A stretch of DNA of 64,000 nt from the NCBI GenBank assembly GCA_017461985.1, contig JAFTSA010000007.1, forward strand, positions 68,431 to 132,430, given 5' to 3'. The notes beneath the pieces were generated by a model. It did no database searches and had not been told where the DNA came from. It saw only the letters and a program-made list of their open reading frames with translations. Source of the stretch: Clostridia bacterium. Lineage in GTDB: Bacteria; Bacillota; Clostridia; Christensenellales; CAG-917. The position numbers and the translations under genes are program-made. This document shows positions 50,333 to 59,698 of this stretch, piece by piece. Position 1 is the first letter of the stretch, and every line of letters starts with the position of its first letter.

Positions 50333-51952
50333 ATGGACGTTTCAAGAAACTTTATCGAAGAAATCATCGACGACGAGCTTGCCAGCGGTAAAGTGTCGAA
50401 AATCATCACCAGATTCCCCCCTGAGCCCAACGGCTATCTGCACATCGGCCATGCAAAGGCTTTGTGCATCAACTTTGGCATGAAAGAAAAGTATCAAGGG
50501 GAGTGCAACCTCCGCTTTGACGACACCAATCCTGCCAAGGAAGACGTGGAATATATGGAGTCCATCAAGGAAGACATCAAGTGGCTTGGCTTTGACTGGG
50601 ACAGAGTGCTCAACGCCAGTGACTACTTTGACAAAATGTATGAGTGTGCCGTCAAACTCATCAAAGACGGCAAGGCATACGTCTGCGATTTGACCGCAGA
50701 TGAAATCCGCGCAACAAGAGGCAGTTTTGAAGTGCCCGGCACTGAAAGCCCTTATCGCAACCGCTCAGTTGAAGAAAGCCTTGACCTCTTTGAAAGAATG
50801 AGAGCAGGTGAATTTGCTGACGGCGAAAGAGTGCTCCGTGCAAAGATAGATATGGCATCACCCAACATCAACATGCGTGACCCCGTCATCTATCGCATTT
50901 GCCACGCAGAGCATCCTCACACCGGTGCAAAATGGGTGATTTATCCTATGTATGACTTTGCTCATCCTCTTGAGGATGCAATCGAAGGCATCACACACTC
51001 ACTTTGCTCACTTGAGTTTGAAAACCATCGTCCTCTCTATGACTGGGTGACGGAAAACTGCGGATTCCCCGCACCTCGTCCTCGTCAAATTGAGTTTGCA
51101 AGACTTAATCTTACACACACCGTTATGAGCAAGCGTTTCATCAAGCGTCTTGTTGACGAAGGTGTTGTATGGGGCTGGAACGACCCTCGTCTTTCAACCC
51201 TCAGCGGTATTAGAGAAAGAGGATACCCCCCTGAAGCAATAAGAGATTTCTGCTCACGTATAGGAGTAGCCAAGGCAGACAGCGAAGTTGACATTGCAAT
51301 CCTTGAACACTGCGTGAGAGAAAACCTCAACCAAAACGCAACAAGAGCAATGGTTGTCACCAAGCCTCTTAAACTCATCGTTGACAACTATCCCGAAGGA
51401 AAGAGTGAGGATTGTTTCATTGAAAACAACCCCAACACAGATGAAAAGCACGTTTGCACTTTCTCAAGAGAACTCTACATTGAGGAAAGCGACTTTGCCC
51501 TCAATCCCCCCTCAAAATTCTTCCGTTTGAAGCCTGATGGCATGGTGAGATTGAAGGGAGCATACGTGGTGAAGTATGCCGGTGTTGAACAAGACGCCGA
51601 CGGCAACGTCACATGCGTACACGTTGAACTTCTTGAAGGCACAAAGAGTGGTGAAGAAGGCGCAAACATCAAGGTGAAGGGCACAATCCACTGGGTAAAT
51701 GCCAATGACTCAGTTGACGTCCGCCTGAATATGTTTGACTATCTCATCAACGATGGTGACGGCGACTATATGGACAGAGTCAACCCCAACTCACTGACAG
51801 TTCTCAACGGCAAGGCAGAAAAGTTCCTTGCATCGGCAAAGCCCGGCGACAGATTCCAATTCCTCCGTCAAGGATATTTCATCAAGCGCAATGTTGATGG
51901 AGAGGAATACAACAGCATCGTTGGACTGAAAGACAGTTTCAAAGCAAAATAA
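50333..51952 (+). CDS. glnS: Glutamine--tRNA ligase
   Basis: [17 protein letters not shown] (HIGH) and VMSKR (KMSKS) motifs, with a GlnRS-type C-terminal anticodon-binding region. Confidence 0.95.
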   Translation: MDVSRNFIEEIIDDELASGKVSKIITRFPPEPNGYLHIGHAKALCINFGMKEKYQGECNLRFDDTNPAKEDVEYMESIKEDIKWLGFDWDRVLNASDYFDKMYECAVKLIKDGKAYVCDLTADEIRATRGSFEVPGTESPYRNRSVEESLDLFERMRAGEFADGERVLRAKIDMASPNINMRDPVIYRICHAEHPHTGAKWVIYPMYDFAHPLEDAIEGITHSLCSLEFENHRPLYDWVTENCGFPAPRPRQIEFARLNLTHTVMSKRFIKRLVDEGVVWGWNDPRLSTLSGIRERGYPPEAIRDFCSRIGVAKADSEVDIAILEHCVRENLNQNATRAMVVTKPLKLIVDNYPEGKSEDCFIENNPNTDEKHVCTFSRELYIEESDFALNPPSKFFRLKPDGMVRLKGAYVVKYAGVEQDADGNVTCVHVELLEGTKSGEEGANIKVKGTIHWVNANDSVDVRLNMFDYLINDGDGDYMDRVNPNSLTVLNGKAEKFLASAKPGDRFQFLRQGYFIKRNVDGEEYNSIVGLKDSFKAK

Positions 51953-51988
51953 ACAACATAAAGAGCAATAAATCAAGGGAGATAGGAT

Positions 51989-53143
51989 ATGTTCACTTGC
52001 AAAGTTTGTGGAAGCGCAGTTGAAGCAGGTCAAGCATTCTGCACAAAGTGCGGTGCTGACGTTGCCGAAAGCTACGAATGCGAATGCCCCTCTTGTGGCA
52101 CTAAAAACACAGCAGGCAACCGTTATTGCGCAAAATGCGGCAATATTCTCGGCGTACTTGCAAAACCCGTCTGCGTCATTTGCGGAAGCAAAAATCTGCC
52201 CGGCGCAAAGTTTTGCGTGTCCTGTGGTGCACCCCTGCCCAGAAATGAGGAAACACACGACAGTCTTGATGTCATCGAAATGCGCAAGACAAAGATGAAG
52301 CTTGACCTCCTCGTCAAGGAAAGAATGAAGGGCATCGACAAGGAAATCAACGACAAGCGCGCAAAGATGCTTGACGACAAAGCCAAGAGCATGAAGGAGA
52401 TTGAGGACTACCGCACAAAGACCAATGCGGAACTTGCAAAGCAAGCCCAAATGCTTGACGCTTACAGAGAAAAGGTCAATGAAATGGGCTCAGAGGATGT
52501 TGCAAAACTCCGCAAGATCACCTCAGGTCTTAAAGACCTGGTTGGTTATTACTCCGACCCCTATTCAGAAATTGATGAAGACCTCATCGAAGGCGAAACT
52601 TACGTCTGTCCTTCTTGCGGTGCAATCAATCCTTTGACCGTCACCGCTTGCTTGCATTGTGGCAGAAGCCGTGCAAGAGCAACCCTTCTTCTTGCAAAGG
52701 GCAAAATCAAGCAATCACCTCCCGTCCGCAGAAAGATGAAGCAACTCCCCGTCAAGGAAGTGGATTTGGATTCACCCAAGACACCCACTTTTGACGAATT
52801 TGCTGGTGAAGAATTTGAAAAATCCCAAAACAAGACTATTGAGGTTGAAAAGCCCGATGAGACCGCAAACTTCTCATCACACCCCGCCGCACCTTACGGC
52901 GCATATCCTTATCCTCCTCAATATGCACCTTATCCCCCTCAACAACCCTACGGCGGATATCCTTATCCCTATCCCCCTCAACCCCAACAATATGCCCCCA
53001 CTCACTACAACAGTGAAACAGGTGAGCCCTATCAAATGCCCCCTATCGTCCAACCCGTGGCATTTGTCCCCTACGTGACACAAGAGCAACCTCTCATGCA
53101 ATATACACCTGCTGACATCCCCGGCAGACCTCAAAACAAATAG
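51989..53143 (+). CDS. Soluble multi-zinc-ribbon protein with central coiled coil and Pro/Tyr/Gln-rich C-terminus
   Basis: Four CxxC...CxxC ribbons (CKVC/CTKC, CPSC/CAKC, CVIC/CVSC, CPSC/CLHC), a K/E/D-rich helical middle, and the tail PYGAYPYPPQYAPYPPQQPYGGYPYPYPPQPQQY. No TM segment. Confidence 0.7.
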   Translation: MFTCKVCGSAVEAGQAFCTKCGADVAESYECECPSCGTKNTAGNRYCAKCGNILGVLAKPVCVICGSKNLPGAKFCVSCGAPLPRNEETHDSLDVIEMRKTKMKLDLLVKERMKGIDKEINDKRAKMLDDKAKSMKEIEDYRTKTNAELAKQAQMLDAYREKVNEMGSEDVAKLRKITSGLKDLVGYYSDPYSEIDEDLIEGETYVCPSCGAINPLTVTACLHCGRSRARATLLLAKGKIKQSPPVRRKMKQLPVKEVDLDSPKTPTFDEFAGEEFEKSQNKTIEVEKPDETANFSSHPAAPYGAYPYPPQYAPYPPQQPYGGYPYPYPPQPQQYAPTHYNSETGEPYQMPPIVQPVAFVPYVTQEQPLMQYTPADIPGRPQNK

Positions 53144-53151
53144 TAAGAGTT

Positions 53152-53919
53152 ATGGCAATCAACGACAAAAACAGAGTAGATGACATGGGCATAAGAAAAG
53201 CCCCCGTGCCACTTTACGGAAATTCTGTCAAACAACTTCCCGCTGTTAGACAGGACTTTGTCTTGCACCCCTCTCTTGAAATTGACAGTCAAGACCCTGA
53301 AAGTCTTGTTGAGCCCTCAACCGCAAAGGACTATCAACCCAAAATAAAAGACGTCAGCAAGAGATGGAAACGCACCAAGCGCACAAAGAATTTCTTCAGT
53401 GGTCTGATTATGCTCCTTGCAACGGCAGTGACCTTGTTGCCTTTCATCTTCGCCTATTTCCAAATCAAAGTGGATTTCTTGCCCATTGCATACGTGCCTG
53501 AAAAATACAACGTCATCAGCAACATCATCTGGGCAATCCAAGGCGAGGCAGGCACGGTGTGGGAGGCAGGCTTCCAAGAGAACTGGAAGTTGGTCATCCC
53601 CGACTTCATCCTTGCAGTGGGCATCATTTTCGCCCTTTTCAACTTGGTCAAAGCCCTCATCTGTATGTGCGGCACAATCAAGGTGCGCAGATTCACTTTC
53701 TGCAGTCTTATGTTTATAGGCACAGTCCTCATCGTGCTGGTGATGAACGTCATCGGTTTTGGAAGTCTTGGCATTGAAAAGATGGACTTTATGAAGGACT
53801 TTGTTCAAGGTTGGCAAACCAATGAACTCGTTGCTCTGCTCATGGCAGGTGCAGTAGGATTTATCGGTTCACTTTTGGTGAAGTTGATCAACTCCGAAAA
53901 ATATGGATATTTGAGATAA
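53152..53919 (+). CDS. Polytopic membrane protein, paralogue of the next gene
   Basis: 255 aa: ~75-aa soluble N-terminus, basic patch KRWKRTKRTKNFF, then ~5 TM helices. Confidence 0.65.
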   Translation: MAINDKNRVDDMGIRKAPVPLYGNSVKQLPAVRQDFVLHPSLEIDSQDPESLVEPSTAKDYQPKIKDVSKRWKRTKRTKNFFSGLIMLLATAVTLLPFIFAYFQIKVDFLPIAYVPEKYNVISNIIWAIQGEAGTVWEAGFQENWKLVIPDFILAVGIIFALFNLVKALICMCGTIKVRRFTFCSLMFIGTVLIVLVMNVIGFGSLGIEKMDFMKDFVQGWQTNELVALLMAGAVGFIGSLLVKLINSEKYGYLR

Positions 53920-53947
53920 CCTACGTCCAAGGACAAAGGAGATATTT

Positions 53948-54811
53948 ATGGCAAAGAAAGACAAAGATAAGATTCAAAATTTTGTCCCCGATCAAGAAGT
54001 CGTCGCCCCTCAAGAAGAACCCATCTTCGAGGCAGAAGCATACGGCAATCCCCAACCTGATGCAGGCATGGAAACAACAGTCATGAAGCCCGTTGGCATG
54101 GGTGGTCCTGTTCCTATTGTTGCTCCCAAGCACAATACAATCCAACTCCAACCCATCATCGTGCCTCTTGCAGTTGTGCCTTATATGAGCCAAGACAGTG
54201 ACGTCCTCCGCACAGACGGCGAAGCACGCCAAGGCGAATATGACCAAGCAACAGGTTTCAGCAAGGTGGAAGCAGAAAAGGAAGCCAAGAAAAAGAAGAG
54301 ATCACAAAAAGCAGGCACAAGAGCAGGCGCATTCTTCACCTTCTTGTTGTCCGCAGTGGCTGTCGTCATCTATCTCCTTGCTTACTTTATGCCTGAACTT
54401 TACATCTTCGACTTCAAGCCCTTCAACGTGGTCGGCACAATCATTGATTGGATCCGCGGCATCGCTCCTCAAAATATGGCAGTGGCGCTCCTCCACATCG
54501 TGTCCGCAGGTTTCAGCGCAATCGCAGTGCTCACCTCACTTGTCTGTTTCTTTGTTGGCAAGATGCCCACAGGCTTTGTGACAGTGCTCACCTTCATCGC
54601 TGCTGCAACCGTTGATGCTGCACTCATCTACACCGCAGTGACAGCAACTGAAAAGGGCGTGGCATTTGTCTTTATGGACTATCTTGAATACATAATCCTC
54701 GCAGGAGTCGCAACACTTTCCTTCATCGTCAGCGTCATCGTGCTTCTGGCTGTTGGCAGAAAGAAAGACCCCTACGGAGATGATCAAGCAAAAGCACAAA
54801 ACGTAATCTAA
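53948..54811 (+). CDS. Polytopic membrane protein, paralogue of the previous gene
   Basis: 287 aa: ~115-aa soluble N-terminus, basic patch KKKKRSQKAGTRAGAFF, then ~5 TM helices. Shared segments with the previous protein include ...AYF and NV(I/V)xxII(W/D)xI(Q/R)G. Confidence 0.65.
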   Translation: MAKKDKDKIQNFVPDQEVVAPQEEPIFEAEAYGNPQPDAGMETTVMKPVGMGGPVPIVAPKHNTIQLQPIIVPLAVVPYMSQDSDVLRTDGEARQGEYDQATGFSKVEAEKEAKKKKRSQKAGTRAGAFFTFLLSAVAVVIYLLAYFMPELYIFDFKPFNVVGTIIDWIRGIAPQNMAVALLHIVSAGFSAIAVLTSLVCFFVGKMPTGFVTVLTFIAAATVDAALIYTAVTATEKGVAFVFMDYLEYIILAGVATLSFIVSVIVLLAVGRKKDPYGDDQAKAQNVI

Positions 54812-54815
54812 ACAG

Positions 54816-54840
54816 AGCGGGGCTGAAAAGCCCCGTTTTC
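54816..54840 (+). terminator. Terminator closing the glnS/zinc-ribbon/membrane-protein unit
   Basis: CGGGGC-tgaaaa-GCCCCG followed by TTTTC. Confidence 0.75.
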
Positions 54841-54855
54841 ATATTGTATTAATAT

Positions 54856-55638
54856 ATGTCACTGAAACTCATATCACTGGCCAGCGGCAGCAAAGGAAAC
54901 TGCGCCCTTATATATTCTGACACCACGGCAATACTTTGTGATGCTGGCATTTCATACACCCGCATCGTCAAGAGCCTTCGTCAGGTGGGGTTTAGCCTAT
55001 GTGATTTGAGTGGAGTTGTCATCACCCACGAGCACAGTGACCATATTTGCGCTCTCCCCAAAATCACTCCTACAGTGCCTGTATATGCCCACCCTATGAC
55101 CGCAAAGGCAATATATGAAAGGCAAGGGGTGCTCTTGAACTACAAGTCGCAGGACTTTTATGAAAACGGATTTATGATAGGGGATATAGCGGTCACCCCC
55201 TTCCGCATCCCTCACGATGCGGAATATCCTCTTGGATACACCTTTCAGTGTGAGGGCAGTCGTGTCAGCATAGCAACTGATATGGGCTATCCCACCAACG
55301 GCGTATTCAACAACATCAAGGACAGTCAAGTGGTGCTTTTGGAGTCAAACCACGACGTTGAAATGCTTGTGACAGGCAACTATGCCCCTAGGCTCAAACA
55401 ACGTATTCTGTCCAAAAACGGCCATCTCAGCAACGATATGGCGGCGGTCATCGCAGAAAGACTCACCGAGGGCAAAACCCACACCCTTATCCTTGGACAC
55501 TTGAGTGAAAACAACAATATGCCCGGTCTTGCCCTTGATGTAGTGGCAGGTCGTCTCAGCAAAATGGGAAGCGACATAAAAGTGACCGTGGCACTTCAAC
55601 ACGAAATCAGTGAGGTTTTTGAAGCCTATGAGAAATAG
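54856..55638 (+). CDS. MBL-fold metallo-hydrolase, YycJ/WalJ-like
   Basis: VITHEHSDHI zinc motif, ~260 aa. Proximity to rlmH mirrors B. subtilis walJ...rlmH. Confidence 0.85.
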   Translation: MSLKLISLASGSKGNCALIYSDTTAILCDAGISYTRIVKSLRQVGFSLCDLSGVVITHEHSDHICALPKITPTVPVYAHPMTAKAIYERQGVLLNYKSQDFYENGFMIGDIAVTPFRIPHDAEYPLGYTFQCEGSRVSIATDMGYPTNGVFNNIKDSQVVLLESNHDVEMLVTGNYAPRLKQRILSKNGHLSNDMAAVIAERLTEGKTHTLILGHLSENNNMPGLALDVVAGRLSKMGSDIKVTVALQHEISEVFEAYEK

Positions 55639-56722
55639 AATTGTCGCCAATGAAGGCGCATCAACTTATATCTTTTGTCTTTGCGGAGCGTCCTTAGTGG
55701 GCAACGTTTTTGCCATGCTTATGTCGGGCAGAATGGGTGCTTTTGCAGGTATGTCCATTGCCAACTGGGTGTCCTACGCCATAATGCAACTGGCCTTTAT
55801 CGGCGTTGTGTTTATTATGGGTGTATGGCGCAAGTTTGACCCTCTCAAAGTGGCAAGGATAAGACCTTCTAGAAACTGGAAACATTACGTCCTTCTTCCT
55901 TTCATAGCTCTCTTCACAATCCTTGCGTTTTATCCGTTGTCATTGCTGTTTTTGAAATTCCTCTCAGTGATTGGCTATCACGGCGGGGGAGTGGCAGTGC
56001 CTCAATTTGAATCAGTTGGAGTCTATTTCCTTGCAATCCTTGTCATAGCCGTCCTGCCTGCAATAGGTGAGGAACTTATGTGCCGTGGCATTTTGTGCAG
56101 TGGACTTTCAACAAGAAGCGTGCCTTTCGGCATTTTGATTTCCGCTTTCCTTTTCAGCTTTATGCACGCAAATCCCTTGCAGACCGTCCATCAATTTGGT
56201 CTTGGAGTGGTGTCCGCAATTTTGTTTATACTGTCTGGCTCACTTTTGCCCAGCATAATCCTGCACTTCCTCAACAACTTCTACACCTTGACAATCACCG
56301 CTTATATCCCCGAAGTGGATATGCTGATATATCACCTCGGCAACTGGAATTATCTCACCGGCGCGGTCAGTGTGGTGGTTGGACTCGTAGGTCTAGCAGT
56401 GCTTTTGTATCTCTACCACAGAGCAGGTCAAAAGAAAAAAGCCCCCGCTTTCAAGGTGTTTGAAAACAGCGGAGTCTTTGAGGAATACACCATCATTGCC
56501 ACCATGGATGAGGAGGGCAAGAAGACAAACGTCTTCCTTGACACCTTCCGTTTTGTGGGCTCATTGTTCACAAAGAGCGGATGGCAAGAGGTGCGCAGAG
56601 TGCTGACAAACAGCGCAGACGTGCCTATGATTGGCAACGCACAACCTATGATGAGCGTGTGGATTGCCATCGGTTTCGCCGCATTCTATTGGGTGGTCAA
56701 TTTCGTGTTGGGTATGATATGA
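55628..56722 (+). CDS. CPBP-family intramembrane glutamic endopeptidase (CAAX protease type) with extended C-terminus
   Basis: Motifs EELMCRG, FSFMH and HFLNN in a polytopic context. ATG 55628 overlaps the MBL gene end. Confidence 0.8.
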   Translation: MRNRIVANEGASTYIFCLCGASLVGNVFAMLMSGRMGAFAGMSIANWVSYAIMQLAFIGVVFIMGVWRKFDPLKVARIRPSRNWKHYVLLPFIALFTILAFYPLSLLFLKFLSVIGYHGGGVAVPQFESVGVYFLAILVIAVLPAIGEELMCRGILCSGLSTRSVPFGILISAFLFSFMHANPLQTVHQFGLGVVSAILFILSGSLLPSIILHFLNNFYTLTITAYIPEVDMLIYHLGNWNYLTGAVSVVVGLVGLAVLLYLYHRAGQKKKAPAFKVFENSGVFEEYTIIATMDEEGKKTNVFLDTFRFVGSLFTKSGWQEVRRVLTNSADVPMIGNAQPMMSVWIAIGFAAFYWVVNFVLGMI

Positions 56723-57684
56723 GCATAAGACTGAAGACAGGCATATCCTATTTTGTCATCATTGTTGCAACCCTTCTTTTGCGCATTTCCGTAAGTGAAG
56801 GGCTTGGTGATTTTGAGGGCTTTTCTCTTGACTATTATTTCACCATAATGGCGCAAATAGTATGTTTCCTTCTTCTTCCAGTTGCACTTTATTTTATCTT
56901 CCGTGAAAAGGACAGAAAACTCACAATCCGCACTTTAACTGCCGATTTTGGTTTCAAAAAGGTTGGATTACGCAATTCACTGCGCACACTTGTCATAGGA
57001 ATATGTATGGTGTATATGGCAACGGTTGTGTCCTTTGTGTGGAGCAATATGCTTTCACTTTTTGGCTACACCCACACCAGTTCACAAACGGAATATCCAA
57101 ACGTGGGCTATCTGTTTTTGGAGCTGTTGATGACTGCCGTACTCCCCGGTTTTTGCGAGGAGTTTGTCCACAGAGGGTTGCTTTTCCACGGATACCGCGA
57201 CAGCGGTTTCAAGGTGGTGGTTGTGTCCGCATTGTTGTTTGCTCTTATGCACCAAAACATTCGTCAAACAGGCTACACCTTCTTTGACGGAGTTGTGCTG
57301 GCACTCCTTTGTTATTATACAGGCTCAATATGGCCGGGTATATTTGTCCACTTCTTCAACAATGCCATTTCAGTCCTTTGGGACTACGGCGACTATGCAG
57401 GGGGTTGGCTTTCATTTATGGACACCGCATCTGACTGGCTCTATGGCTCGTTGGTGGGCTACATTGTGGGGGCAATCATCTTTGTCATTGCAGGGGTGGC
57501 TATGGTGTTTATGTTCAAGCGTATGCGTGACGACAGCGTCAAAGCAGGGATTATCCCCGAAAAACCCTTTGCCAAAAATGGTGAGGGTGCACTGCCTCTT
57601 CACAAAGACGTTATGCTTTATGCGACAATAATCATCGGCGTTGCAACCACAATATTCACGTTGGTGTGGGGTATTTTGAGATGA
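56719..57684 (+). CDS. CPBP-family intramembrane glutamic endopeptidase, second copy
   Basis: Motifs EEFVHRG, FALMH and HFFNN. ATGA overlap with the previous gene. Confidence 0.8.
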   Translation: MSIRLKTGISYFVIIVATLLLRISVSEGLGDFEGFSLDYYFTIMAQIVCFLLLPVALYFIFREKDRKLTIRTLTADFGFKKVGLRNSLRTLVIGICMVYMATVVSFVWSNMLSLFGYTHTSSQTEYPNVGYLFLELLMTAVLPGFCEEFVHRGLLFHGYRDSGFKVVVVSALLFALMHQNIRQTGYTFFDGVVLALLCYYTGSIWPGIFVHFFNNAISVLWDYGDYAGGWLSFMDTASDWLYGSLVGYIVGAIIFVIAGVAMVFMFKRMRDDSVKAGIIPEKPFAKNGEGALPLHKDVMLYATIIIGVATTIFTLVWGILR

Positions 57685-58139
57685 AAATCAATCTTATCGC
57701 CATTGGCAAAATCAAAGAACAATATATAGTTGACGGCATCAAGGAATATCAAAAGCGTATTTCTCGTTTTGCCGAGTTCAATCTTATCGAATTGCCCGAT
57801 GCACCTCAGGGCAAAACTCCCGAGGAGCAAGCAGACATAGAGGGCAAGCGTCTTCTTGAAAAGGCAAAGGGCACAATCATAATCCTTGACGGCAAGGGCA
57901 AAACCTTGTCAAGCGAAGGGATTGCATCTTACATAGACAAAAAATGCACTGAAGGCTCGGGGGAGTTTTCCTTCCTCATAGGTGGCAGTCACGGTCACAA
58001 TGCTGACACAAAATCCCACGCCGACCTGCTTTTATCTTTCGGCCCTATGACTTTCCCCCATCAACTCTTCCGTATGATGCTGACAGAACAAATATATAGA
58101 GCATTAACTATCAACAATAATCTTCCTTATCATAAATAA
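57681..58139 (+). CDS. rlmH: 23S rRNA (pseudouridine1915-N3)-methyltransferase
   Basis: SPOUT-family protein of ~152 aa: KINLIAIGKIKE..., FLIGGSHG and a C-terminal PYHK. ATGA overlap with the preceding gene. Confidence 0.9.
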   Translation: MKINLIAIGKIKEQYIVDGIKEYQKRISRFAEFNLIELPDAPQGKTPEEQADIEGKRLLEKAKGTIIILDGKGKTLSSEGIASYIDKKCTEGSGEFSFLIGGSHGHNADTKSHADLLLSFGPMTFPHQLFRMMLTEQIYRALTINNNLPYHK

Positions 58140-58206
58140 AAACGCGCTATTTGGCGGTTATACATCAACAATCAAAAACAAAAAACCATATAAACAGATT
58201 AACGCT

Positions 58207-58677
58207 ATGACACACGAACAATTTATGCTTAGGGCCATCGAGCTTGCCAAGGAATGTGCCACTTTTGACGAAGTGCCTGTTGGGGCAGTTGTGGTCAAGG
58301 ATGGCAAAATCATTGCCGAAAGTGGCAACCGAAAGGAGCGTGACAACTCCGCCATATCCCACGCAGAGATTTTGGCATTGAAGAAGGCAAGTGAAGATGT
58401 GGGCAACTGGTGGCTTGAGGACTGTGACGTCTACGTCACCCTTGAGCCTTGCGCTATGTGTGCCACCGCCATGATACACTCTCGCATCCGCAACCTGTAT
58501 TTTGGCGCGTACGACGAAAAGACGGGGGCGGCAGGAAGCAAAGTGAATATGTTTGAAAAGGGGCTTTTCAACCACGACGTAGAAGTGGTGGGGGGCATAA
58601 TGAAGGAAGAGTGCGGAGCGCTGCTCACCGCTTTCTTCAAAAACAAGCGTCTCCAAAACAAAGAGAAGAACAAATAG
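58207..58677 (+). CDS. tadA: tRNA adenosine(34) deaminase
   Basis: CDA zinc motifs HAEILAL and TLEPCAMCATAM. Confidence 0.92.
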   Translation: MTHEQFMLRAIELAKECATFDEVPVGAVVVKDGKIIAESGNRKERDNSAISHAEILALKKASEDVGNWWLEDCDVYVTLEPCAMCATAMIHSRIRNLYFGAYDEKTGAAGSKVNMFEKGLFNHDVEVVGGIMKEECGALLTAFFKNKRLQNKEKNK

Positions 58678-58779
58678 TTGGCACATAGTCTTGATTTTTG
58701 GGATGGTGAGATGATAGCATAATCTCAGCCACAACAATGCTGTCTCGTGCGGGGCAAATAATCGTAAAGGAGACAGACT

Positions 58780-58944
58780 ATGAGCAAAAAGAAACTGATT
58801 TCAATCATCATTTCAGCCATTTTCACCATAGTGGCAGCCGTCCTCGGTTGCGTGTATGGGATTGAGGTAGATTTCTCAGGGATTGACGTTGCGGAGGATC
58901 AAACCGCAGTCATCTGTGTCATGAAGACGCACGAACAGCCCTGA
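58780..58944 (+). CDS. Candidate 54-aa single-TM peptide (below the ORF-track length cut-off)
   Basis: AAAGGAG lies 7 nt before ATG 58780. Sequence: MSKKKLISIIISAIFTIVAAVLGCVYGIEVDFSGIDVAEDQTAVICVMKTHEQP. TGA at 58942-58944 is followed by a strong terminator. Confidence 0.45.
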   Translation: MSKKKLISIIISAIFTIVAAVLGCVYGIEVDFSGIDVAEDQTAVICVMKTHEQP

Positions 58945-58956
58945 ATCTTGTGGCAG

Positions 58957-58992
58957 AAAAGAAGGCGACCATTTGGTCGCCTTCTTTCTTTG
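58957..58992. terminator. Bidirectional terminator
   Basis: GAAGGCGACC-attt-GGTCGCCTTC, a 10-bp perfect stem, flanked by A and T runs. Confidence 0.85.
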
Positions 58993-59010
58993 TTAAGTCC
59001 AAAAACCTCA

Positions 59011-59598
59011 TTACTTTTGGGGCAAATATTGGTCAAGGTTGTGCAGCCAAGTCACGTAGCCCACCTTGCGAGTGCGTTTGTACTCATTGATAAAATCCGT
59101 TGTACCCTTCAAAAATTTGACTTTTGACAAGATTTCAAAGGCGTCTCCTTTGCCGTCTGCGTGGATGACCACGCTTGCAATGGTGCCCAAAAGGTTTTTT
59201 AGAGTGCCAGTGACGTCGTGATGTTTGCCGTCAACTTGCAAAAAGTACTCCTCTGCATAACAAGCGCAACCGACAATGAGAGGCACTCCTGCCTGGTTGA
59301 CACAGTAGTCGGGGGCAAAGTTTTTCACTTTTTCGGGGTCAACTTCAATGCCCGTCACTTTTTTGATGACTTTGGCCTCTGCCGTTGTAAACTTGTCGTC
59401 TGCATTTGCCAAATGAATCATAGTTTGACAACAAGCCACAAGGAGAGCGTCCTTTGGTGCGCCATCGTCAAAGGGGAATTGATTCATAATCACCTTTTCC
59501 ACCCGTTTGTTTGAAAAAAACTTGTACAAAGCGTTGTACAACTCTACTGCGTAAGATTCAAGTTCTTTTTGTATGTTGTGTGATTTGATTGTGCTCAT
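59011..59598 (-). CDS. Hypothetical 195-aa cytoplasmic protein
   Basis: ORF with GGAG before ATG 59598. No motif I can name with confidence. Confidence 0.6.
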   Translation of the reverse strand: MSTIKSHNIQKELESYAVELYNALYKFFSNKRVEKVIMNQFPFDDGAPKDALLVACCQTMIHLANADDKFTTAEAKVIKKVTGIEVDPEKVKNFAPDYCVNQAGVPLIVGCACYAEEYFLQVDGKHHDVTGTLKNLLGTIASVVIHADGKGDAFEILSKVKFLKGTTDFINEYKRTRKVGYVTWLHNLDQYLPQK

Positions 59599-59698
59599 AA
59601 ACACTCCAAAAGTTAGATGCCTACATTGTATCACAGGGTGCAGCCTTTGTAAAGGTGAGTTTTGGTGCTAAACAGCATCTTGACGCATATATTGATAT

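Noticed and set aside
58678-58779. By Bacillus synteny an SRP (4.5S/scRNA) gene could follow tadA
   Set aside because: I find no GGAAGCAGCC-type domain IV motif or long helix in this 100-nt spacer.
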